Below are positions 1 to 10,615 of a stretch of DNA of 64,000 nucleotides, in pieces. Made by a program: the position numbers and the translations under genes. The DNA is from Trichinella spiralis. Its lineage: Eukaryota. The notes below the pieces were generated by a model that was not told where the DNA came from, did no database searches, and saw nothing but the letters and a program-made list of their open reading frames with translations. Positions within the stretch are counted from its first letter, which is position 1. Each line of letters starts with the position of its first letter. Where the stretch lies: the NCBI RefSeq assembly GCF_000181795.1, contig NW_003526943.1, positions 2,303,666 through 2,367,665 on the forward strand. Direction: 5' to 3'.

Positions 1-3000
1 TATGAATAAAATGAATTGAATGAAACTGCAACAGACGGAAAACAATTAATACTCTCTTGGATCTTTCGAGCACATCACAAATGGAACAGTTAACTCGTCG
101 TTAATCAATCTCTCTCTGTCTTTCTATTTTATTGCGTAAAGCAATTTAAATAATTTTACAATTTTTATTGTTTTATTCAAGTTTAAATTCAACCAGCATA
201 CAACTCTTTCATTGATGAATAATATTAATATAATCATAATCATAATTAATTCATTATTTTTCAAGAGCACCCTTTCATTTTTATCAATGGGCAACTGAAA
301 GAAAAGATAATAATAATAACAGATTAATCATTTGAATCGAAATAAAAATGCACCGTTCATTAATGTTCAATAATTTATCAGTTATTAAGTAAAATTGAAA
401 TCAAACACAATCAAATGTCAATCAAATAACACTTTACTGGTGTAAACATGACAGAGCACAACAAAAATCCAATTCAACGAAGTACTTTTTTTTCTAAACA
501 AGCACACAAAAGAGAAAACTGTGCCCAAAACTGTAATTGGTTTGGTTTACGCAGCTAATAACGAGCACGACGACGAACTCATCATCACAGCTGCACGCTC
601 TTTCTTTTTAATAATAATAATATTTAATATGTATTTTCTTTTTTCGACGAGCCACCAAAGCGCTTATTCATGAAAAAAAGAAAGAATAGAACAAACAACA
701 CCGGTTGCACGTCGTGTGAAAAAATTTAAAGTTGGTCAGGCTATTATTATTATATGGATGGGATGCATGTTATATATACGTGGGAGGAAAAATCACAACA
801 GCTCAGTATGGTGTATAGGTGAAAGAAGAAAGAAAGAGCGCTTAAATAATGTAGATATTAAAGTAAAACGACTAAACAAACAAATTTAACATCTAAGATG
901 AAAATCAACAAGCAGAAAAGAACAGTCCGAAAAGAAATACAATCAACCGATCAAAACGTACAGCAAGAGAGAAAAAGGGAGAGAGAGAGAGAAAGTAACG
1001 AAGGAACAATAAATAAATTTTCACGCATACATACATATTACATTCATACATACGAAGACAACATGTTATACATCCATTTATATTAGTGATAACACCGTGG
1101 GAAATTTGAAAAAGAAAACAAAACATTAATATAAATAAATAGTAAACATTTTCTTTCAACAAAGTCCGCTTATAAAATTAATAAATAGAAAGATGGAAGA
1201 AGAAAAAGAAACACAAATTGAAGAAAATAATAACCGAAAGCTCGTAATCAGATGATCTGCTGTTTGTTCACACACATTTACGCAATAAGCGAGCTTGTTT
1301 TTTCACTTTCACAACCCGGTGTTGTAGTAGTATACTGCAGGCCGAAACGAACGAACGAACGAACAAAAAAACAAACAAACAAACAATCTTCGCCCACGAC
1401 AAGTCTCATAGTTGAAAAAAAATAAAAATGCAAATTTAAATTAAAAAATTTTCTTCAAAACAACATAATTGGTGTGCGTGCATGAATGGAATGAGAAGGG
1501 TATTTTCAATTTTTTTTAAATATACACATAAAAAACACTATCATCAGATGTGTTTTCTTCAAATAACGAATAAGAGAAAAGTTTTCACAAAAATAGAAAA
1601 ACAAACGTAAATTATAATCAAGAAGAAGCTTGCTGTGAATTAGCGTGACGAAGCAACGAGCATCACGGGATCTGAGATGAGAACACATTTTTCACGACAA
1701 CAAAAAAGAAATTCGAGCTCTCTACCAAGAAAAAGCATCGCTAACGACAAACAAACAAACAAACAAACAAAAACAAACAGAACAAATTATAATTAAATAA
1801 TTTTCTTTCAACTGTTCCCTCTCAGCAGTTTTCGGACGTGGGTATGAAAAACTTTGCAATCAAGCCAACACACTACTATTACTACTACTGCTACCAACTG
1901 TTTTTGTTCAAATTTCAATTTAATTTTAATTAATTAATTAATTAATTAGTTGCAAACACAACTCTCTCGTCACTCACTCACCCACACTCTAGTGTCGACT
2001 TGGTCGGTGAATGGACTGATCGAATTTCAGCGCTGCTTCGAAACTATGTGATGGAAACATCCAATAGCCGCCGCAAACGTAAGAATGCACAGACACACAG
2101 TCGATCGATTGATTTGATTGCATTTATGCAAAAGTGAATTTGAAAAAGTACTTTTACTCAGATTTTTCCTTAATTACAATATGAAGAAGAAAAAAATATC
2201 GATTTGAATGCAGAAATGCAGAAAACGAAAAAAAACCTTTTAACTGAGCAAGAGAGGATGGGAGGGTTTGGGAGGTAAGGGAGGGGGTCAGGGGTAGGGT
2301 AGGGTGAAGGGAAGAGGAGGCGACCAACGAACGGCACTGCCGACCAGTCGCCGGTTGCCGCAGGAGATGAGTTTCTTTCGTTGCTTAAAAATATGAAAAA
2401 AAGAAAAGAAAACAAACAAACAAACAAACAACAAAAAACGTAAACGATGTAGTAGGTTAGTTAAAAGAAAAAAGAAAGGAAAATATACAGCGCTGAAAAA
2501 AACCGATTTCTGCGGTGGATGATCACCACCAGTGCCTGCGCTTGGGCAAGCAGAGAATCTGTTTTTAAGCACAATGACAGTTTCCCAGTTAGAGCAATGA
2601 AAAATAGTTGGAGATGAAAAAGGTCTTATCCATCACCTCCACCTCGTTCTCACTGCAGGCATGCGGGGAAATTTTGTTGTTCCTCATTCACATTATGCGT
2701 ACGTAAAGTTTGAAAAGTGCAGGAAGACTTACTGCTTGTTTGTTGGTTAAAGCCGGGTTTCAAACTTCTGGCTTGTAAGCTTGAGAATTAGAGAGAGGAA
2801 AGCTCTTTTCATTGAGAAGAAAACAACGTGTAAAAAATAATAGCACTGACAAAGCGTATTAACTGAAGAAGAACAGTATTATCGTATCTTCTAATTGTAA
2901 AACAAAGAAAAATCTACCAACAGCTCCGAAGGAAAAGAAAAGCCCAACTACAATATATTACTAAGTAAAATTTAAAAAAATATTAGAAAAAGAAAAGAGA

Positions 3001-4057
3001 TAGATATGTATGAGCACCACACGTCCGAAAGAAAGAGAGGGAGGTGGTAAACCCAAATTATATCCGTAAAAAAACAGAAAAAGAAAGGCAAAAAGTAAGA
3101 GTCTGCACAATGAATGACATCCTCTTTGAAAGTGTAAAACAAAAAAGGAAAAAACATATAATCTACAAAGGAGTAACAACCAATTATTTACACAATTGGT
3201 AATAATAATAAGTAGAGGCAACGTTGGACTAGCAGAAAATAACGGCGGCATCTCTTCTGTATTTTGTTCCCAGATGACTTGCCGAACAGGCGAACATTGT
3301 ATGTGAACAAAAACGGACTGACATGATTAATAATCATAATCATAATCATAATCATTGTCAGTACAACTGTAATGGAAGATATTGATGGGGCGCATGCAGA
3401 GACAGACAATTCAAGAAGACACTGGCAAGCAAGCTAAACAAACAGCAGACAAACGAACGTCAACACTTTGTCACAAGTTCAGCTGCTTCTCTCTCTCTCT
3501 CTCAGTTTGTATGGGTGGGTGTATTGTGGATCTTTCCTTTTTTTCACAGATATTTCAAATTTTGCTTTAACAAAATTTTTCAAGAAAAAAATTCCACCAT
3601 CTACCGACAACGCGGTTTGAAGTAGAAATTTTCATCACAAAAGGGAAGGGAAAAAATAACGTCATCATCTCTCATCACAGTAATAATATAAGAACAGCAA
3701 AAGAGTGGAGTGGAGTTAAAATTTAAAAATGAAAAGAGAAAAAAAAATCAATCACAACAGTGTGCAAAGGCAACAACGAAAAACGAAGCTAATAAAACAA
3801 ATACAAACAAAAAACATCAAACTGCAAAAAAACTGTATCTATAAAAGAAAAATTTTTGTAAATAGTTTTTCTTTTGAAATAATAACGAGAATAATAATAA
3901 ATACGCACCATTATTGAATTATTAATAATAATAATTATTATTATTATTACTGGCGTGTCGCTGCTGCTACTGCTACTGCTACTACTAACTACTATTTTGT
4001 AATTATTATTATTAATATTAGTTTGTTGCTGTTGTGGGTTGTAGTTCAGCTCTTCTG

Positions 4058-7000
4058 CTACATAATCAACGAAGACACTTGCAAATAGCGGTAGATGTAG
4101 AGACGGTAGTCTTTGCTGGCCAGCACGACCGAGCCGTCGTCGAGCAGCGCAACGTCGAAACACTGGGCGTGCTTCACCTTGGATTCCAGCGCATTGATCA
4201 ACATGCCGTCCTGTTGGAATACGGTCAGATTGAAGTTGTTGTGGTTGTCGGCGACGACCACTTCCCCCAGCTGGTTGATGCCCACACCAATCGGATAATT
4301 GGTCAAGCCTTCACCGCCAATTTGGCGCAAATAGGCGCCTTCGTAGTTGAACACTTTGACACTGTGGGCCCGGTTGTCCGAGACGAAAATCTCCTGCCGG
4401 TCGTTGGTGACCACACCGTTGGGAAATTCCAAATATTTCGAACAGCCGAATTTGACCAACACGTTGCCGACCATGTCGAATATGATCACGCGCATCACTT
4501 TGCACTCGACCACGACAATACGACCCTTGTAGTCGACCGTCACACCGCGAGGGTGTTGCAAGATGTTGGCGCCAAATTTTCGAATAAACTGTCCATACTG
4601 ATTGTAGACTTGGATCTGATGCGTCGGACTGCGCTCGGTGACAATTATATCCCCAGTGGCTCGATTGACGGCAACCCTGCGGCAAGACAATGATAAATAT
4701 ACACCCACACATGCGCTATTGCTAACATGCCCTCAAGAAAAACAAACATACCTGTTCGGATAAAGCAGTTGACCATCCCGCTTGCCGCATTCGCCGAATT
4801 GGAATTTGAACCGGCCGTCTTTGTCGAATATCTGTATACGATGGTTGTTGGTGTCGGCGACGATGATGTCGTTCAACGAGTTGACCGTGACGCCACTTGG
4901 TTCGGTAAACTGACCCTCGGCAACGCCGAACTCGCCAAATTTGCAATGGTAGATCATTTTGTGCCGTTTGATTTGAGATTTCGGGGGAAAAAACGACAAC
5001 GGGGTGTTCATCAGTTTCGAGTTCAGCTCCATCACCGGATGAGAGCCGTTCTGATCACCGAGCGGCGACGGCGTGTACAAGCCGCTGTCGCTCAAAAAAC
5101 CGGCGACGTGCTGATGCAACGAACCCAACGAGCCGGAATGGTGCTGCTGTTGTTGCTGTTGTTGTTGTTGTTGTTGTTGCTGTTGTTGTTGTTGTTGGTG
5201 ATGATGCTGCTGCTGGTGATGCTGCTGTTGTTGCTGCTGGTGGTGGTAGGCAACGTCGGCGACGGTCGGGGCACCAGTTGACCATTTTTCATAACCACCG
5301 TAAGTGTCGCCCAGAGCCGAATAAGGACCCAAGCTCTGCGACGAATCGCCGTACTGTTTGCTCTGCAGCAAGTTGGAATCGCTGAATGCATGCGGTGGCG
5401 TCGACAACGCACCCCCGGCGGTCGACGGTCCTGTCGATCCGTTCAACAACGAGCCGCCGCCCAGGTGGGAGGAGACTCCAGTGACTTGGGCGCCGGATCC
5501 TGCGGACCCGGCCACGGCGCCGCCGCTGCCGTTCACCACCGGCAAGTAATGCGCAGCAGCGATGGACAATCCCAAACCTGGGCCGCCCGGTGCCGATCCA
5601 TTCGGCTGGCAATACTGAGCGGCGGTAACCGACAACGTCGGCCTGGATATCGGCGCCAACCCACTTTTGCCCATGTACGAAAGATCCTGACCCTGACGTA
5701 CATAGCCGAACGTGTTCATAATTGCCAACCGTGAGCCTTGCACGTTGGGTACAAATTCCAAATCCGACTGCGAAAGCGCGTTCATATCCGGCGAATAGTT
5801 CAACACAACGCCAATACGGTTCTCGAGCAGTTTTTTGAAAACCAACGTTTCCGTCGAATTCGTGTACTGCAGAAGACGGGAGGTGAACTCAATCGTGTGT
5901 GACAACTTTTCCATCGTATGCTGCAATTTCTTATCCACTACATTCACACCCAACTGAAAAAAGTATTACATTATTTATTGAAATAAATAGAGCAAAAACA
6001 CGCACAACATCCAAACAAACAAACAAACAAACATACTTGCTTGCAATTGTACGCTTGTTCTAAATCTCGCATCGCTTGCTGGCGTTGTTCTTCGACCACT
6101 TGCTGAAGCAAATTGGCCGTTTCAATAATATCCTGTTGGGCTTTCTGATAGGACAGAAGCAACCGTTGGGTGGCATCTTCGGTCGCTTTCAAACTTTCCA
6201 TCAATTTCATCTGCTTATTTCTCGCCTCATCCAACAACTGCTGCATCACCTTTATCTAAAAATTAAAAAACAAAACAAAACAATATATGCATAGAGAACG
6301 AAAAATAAATGAATAAATAATATTATCACCTGTTGCCCGCTAACTTCACTCATCAGTTCAAAGTGATGCATGCCACGTGGGTGATCGCTGTTCAGACATT
6401 CAGAACAAATCGGCACGCTGCAGGATACGCAGAAATATTTCAACGGTTCACTGCGATGCTGCATACAGCGAACCACACGTTCCACTTCCGATGGGATTAC
6501 GTCGCACAAATCGACAACACGGTGTCCTTCGAAACAGTGCATGTATTTGTGAGCCATAACACAATTTGCGCACAAATAATTCGTACAGTCGTAACAGTGC
6601 GCCAAAGCGGACATGTCTTTACTCTTGCATCCGGTACAATTTGTTTGCAATACCGACGTCGACGACGTTGACGGGGATGCTGATGACGACGGAGATGCTG
6701 CATCAACAGATACAACCGTTGATGAGCTTGTGTTAATATTGTTACCAGTGCTGCTGTTGTTCACCGTCATATTATTAGTAGCAGATGTAGAAGCAGTAGT
6801 AGTAGCAGTAGCAGCGGTAGCAGTAGCAGTTGTAGTTGTAGTTGTAGTTGTGTTACTGTTATGAACCGAAGACAGAGACGCGGATTCATCAGTGCAACAG
6901 GAACCAGACAGACTGCCTCCTCCTCCTACGGGACTTGTAGTGGTGTTCGACAGGGTGCTGCTGCTGCTGCTGGTGTTGGTGGTATTGGTGGTGATGGGCG

Positions 7001-7694
7001 TGGGGGTGGTCGACGACGCCTCAGTGCAAGAGCCGGCTCGCACTTGCAACTGTTCCAAAAGGTTGATCAACGCGTAATCGCTGAACAACGAATCCACACC
7101 CTGATCAGCGCTGAACTGGGTTTCCAAGTTGCACTGAGGACAGAGCACCTTGCCGGGCGTGTCGACCAGCTTCTCCAGACAAGCTCGACAAAACGTGTGA
7201 AAGCAGGCCAAAACTTTCGGCTGGTCGTACAGTTCCGAACACAACGGGCAACGGGTCAAATGGGACGACAGAACTGCCGCATTGGCCGTCGTTTTCAACG
7301 TCATCGCACCGACAGTGCCGTTGCAAGAAACGCTGCCACCGAGGCTCATCTCCAGACAACCGCTACCGGCTGCCGTCACACCGACGCTGCAGTACCGCAA
7401 TGACGAACTCCCACCACCAGCAACACCACAACCACTGCTGATCGTATTGACAGCCGTTGTGCAACAACTGCTCATACTGTTATTATTGTTGTTGTTGTTG
7501 CTCATGGTGCAGCTGTTATTGCTGATTACATTGAGCGTAGAAAACTGTTGCTGCAATGAGGACGAGCTAGCAGAGGCGAACAAAGGAGGTGAGTCGTCGG
7601 TTCGGACCGGAGAAGACCGAACCAACGGTTCAAAGGTACGGTTCGCGGTGGAACAACTGTCCGAGTCGAGACCGCCGCTTTCAGTCGACGACAT
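4058..7694 (-). CDS. brat: Brain tumor/NCL-1 family TRIM-NHL protein (RING, 2 B-boxes, coiled coil, NHL propeller). Predicted exons 7694-6330, 6255-6037, 5953-4752, 4676-4058
   Basis: C-terminus KSQIKRHKMIYHCKFGEFG...TERSPTHQIQ...LESKVKHAQCFDVALLDDGSVVLASKDYRLYIYRY closely matches the Brat NHL domain as I recall it. B-boxes CTGC...CYDC...CANC..AH...H and CMQH...CVSC...CSEC. Three GT-AG introns join the ORFs in frame. Start taken at the first in-frame ATG. Confidence 0.93.
5146..5247 (-). repeat. Coding (CAA/CAG/CAY)n tract encoding poly-Gln/His in Brat
   Basis: Plus strand tgttgttg/tgctg run; translates to HHQQQQQQHHQQQHHHQQQ... Confidence 0.95.
6774..6860 (-). repeat. Coding trinucleotide tract encoding poly-Thr/Ala in Brat
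   Basis: Plus strand (gta/gca/gtt)n; translates to NTTTTTTTTATATAATATTTAS. Confidence 0.9.
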
Positions 7695-8181
7695 CTCGCC
7701 TTGGCCCGGTCGCCGACGGCTTTTACCACCTTTATTACAATTGGTAGTTTGGGGTTTTTTTCTTCTCTTCTTGCCCTTCCTCAGACTGGACAACCGATCC
7801 GGCTTCAAGTCCAAGCTAGCAGCACGCGGCCAAGCAATCAAGCTCAGCAACGCGTCCACTGCTATTTGGAAATCGCATCAGCCAATAATTCCAAGTCAAT
7901 GTCACTCCTCCTCCTCCTCCTTCTTCTTCTTCTCTTATATTCTTGGGATGATATATGATTATATACGTATATATAATTTTAGCTACTGCTAATTTCAAAA
8001 TGAATTTTCAATATCGCAAAGTATCCAATTTTATCAAATTGTGAAGAGAGAGAGAGAGACAGTGGGGGAGAGAGAGAGAGAGAGAATTTCGTTTTTCTTC
8101 TTTTTCTTTTCTTTTATTTTTATTTCTTTCTTTGCTTCCTCTTGACGGCTCGAGCTAACTCTCTTTTTCCCTCTCTATCCG

Positions 8182-8636
8182 CTAAAAAATGAACATGGAA
8201 TGAAAAAAAAAGATTAATAATTTCACACCAAAATCTCATTCACGATCACGCATTATCAAAATTTTCACGCTCTTCTTCTATCCGCTATTTCACAATTTAT
8301 CTATCAAAGAAACAATAACAATATCAACACACTGCACTCCTGCATCAAATATGCTAATAATTATTCATATTGATAGAATGACGATTATCCGACTTTTCCA
8401 CGCATTCTTCTCGTTGTCAACATTTCAACAACTGCTGCATTTGATTCAACTGATGATCATGTTCAAAAATTTTGTCATAAAAATCAAATAATAACTCTGT
8501 TTCACAATGTTCACAATCACAATTCACAGTGTTTCACAATCAACAGCAAAAAATTTAAAAAAAAAGAAACCACAACAACGAAACTTACATATTTATTTGA
8601 ATCGTATATTTTTTTTAAAAAATTCAAAAAACTCAC
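8182..8636 (-). other. Predicted 5' UTR intron of brat
   Basis: Minus-strand consensus donor AAAG|GTGAGT at 8636 and acceptor TTCATTTTTTAG| ending at 8182. No transcript support is available. Confidence 0.4.
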
Positions 8637-10067
8637 CTTTTCATCATTTTCAACAATTAATAAATCCGATAAATGGAGAAATAAAAATTTTTGAAAAAAA
8701 AAGAATACACACCACAGATATACAGATAAAGAAAGAAGGAAAGAAAAAAGTCAAAAATTATTATAATATTTAACACCAGTCAATCATTGCTGCTGCTGCT
8801 GATAGGTGAGAAGAAGGACAGTTTAGAAGTTGATTAATAATATAAATATGAAATATGGTAACGGACGGAGCAACAAAGCACGACTGCTGATTGATAAACG
8901 AAATGAAATGAAAAGCATTTTCAAGAAAGCAACGAATGCAATTTGGAATGGGAAAAATTGACCTGCCCGGTCTCTTCTTCCTCCCCTCGGCTAGCCCAAG
9001 GCGCTGTACTAATATTGGCCGACCGAAAAACGAAACCAACAACGTCGTCCTTCTAAAGGAGTCAAAATTTTACAATTAATCAAATATATCTATACTATCA
9101 ATCACAATATATACATTACTACTACTACTACTACTAGTACTACTACTGCTACTATGCCGTTGGGCAGCAATGCAATCAAGGCAGCACTACCACCGCCACA
9201 ACTGAACCTCAATTTTCAATAAAAACAAACAAACAAATCTATTATATTCTATTACACAATAAATATATGTACATATAATAAAACTGCAGCAGCAGCAGCA
9301 AGTGTAGAAACAACACTTGCATACAGTATACACGAACATATTATTAATCGTAAAACAAAACAGCATCACGTGCGGAGAAGTGAGAGGTAGTTGGAACATT
9401 ATACAACAGCAGAATAAATATTTGCTCAACAACGACAACGACAACGACGAAAACGGAAAACTGTAATTATAAAATCTGCTTCAAATTCTTCTTGCAGTCG
9501 TCGAGTTATTTTGGTATTTTGTGAAACAAAATTATTCCAAAACAAAAGAAAAACATTCCACCGTTATTTTATAAAAAAAATTTCAACAAAAAATAAAAAT
9601 AAAATAATATTTTATGAAAAAAATCCACACCTGCTACTTGGATGCACCACCTTTTTTTCGTCATGATGCAAAAATGCGTTGTTAAAGAATGAAGGAGACG
9701 GACGATGAGAAAGAAAATTTCACTTATTATTATTTTCTCAGCAATTGTCAACTGACGTCAGTTGAAAATAAGTATCGTCGAAAAAATGCAAAGCATATGA
9801 AAAATGTAAAAAATAATTGATATAAAGTATAGAATAAAATGGGAAAAAATATGGATCATTGCGGAGTCGATAGTTTGTTTTATGCCAAGGAATGCATGCA
9901 TTCATCCATGGATGAATTCTTCACCAAGGACGCGAAAGAGAGTGAGCAGAAAACTGAACATAGTTGTGTGTGTGTATGTGCTAATAATGCTGAAGTTGAG
10001 AAGAGGTGGAATAAATTTGTTTTGCTTTTCTATGGCAATTTTCAACATATTCAACGTGAAAACGCGT

Positions 10068-10068
<1 letters not shown>

Positions 10069-10104
<36 letters not shown>
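10069..10104. repeat. (CA)n microsatellite; others at about 13277-13320 and 14304-14325
   Basis: Seen directly. Confidence 0.95.
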
Positions 10105-10105
<1 letters not shown>

Positions 10106-10601
10106 TCTTCAATATCATCAAGTAATACAAGCATAAAATTTCTACAGCTGCTACTCATTCATAATTAACCTCATTGAATTAATCTGTGTATGTGCGTGCA
10201 CGTATGCGTATAAATAAACTGAATGAATAATAATGACCAAATCACAGAAAACCTGTGTATGTAGAATAATATAGAATAAAAAAGAAAAAGCAGACCAAAC
10301 AGCGAGATAAAATAAAACCCCAAAATAATAAACAATTAAAACAAACAAAAGATTGATTGATTAAAAAACAGTGGATTGTAATCAAAAGTGTTAAAATTCC
10401 ACAAATACATACACGCACACACACATACACACCGAGAGAGCCGCAAATTCGTGAACAAATAAGTAAATTAGAAAAATTGCCATATCAGGAAAAACTGAAT
10501 GACATTAAGAAAGAAAGAAAGCTATCTGACATTTCTATATTTTGAAACACTATTAAATTTTAAAAACAATAATAAGATGGGCAATGTAATTCGAAGGTGA
10601 G

Positions 10602-10615
10602 GTTGCCATGACAAC
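10602..10615. promoter_or_regulatory. RFX/DAF-19 X-box candidate
   Basis: GTTGCCATGACAAC, one mismatch from the ideal palindrome GTTGCCATGGCAAC. Confidence 0.5.

Noticed and set aside
2430..2480. The let-7-like plus-strand sequence as a miRNA gene
   Set aside because: No complementary arm for a hairpin nearby, and the seed is altered; it fits better as a target site on the opposite strand
4034..7992. Long plus-strand ORFs (219, 184, 180 and 236 aa) over brat
   Set aside because: Antisense shadows of GC-rich, repeat-rich coding exons; no recognisable domains
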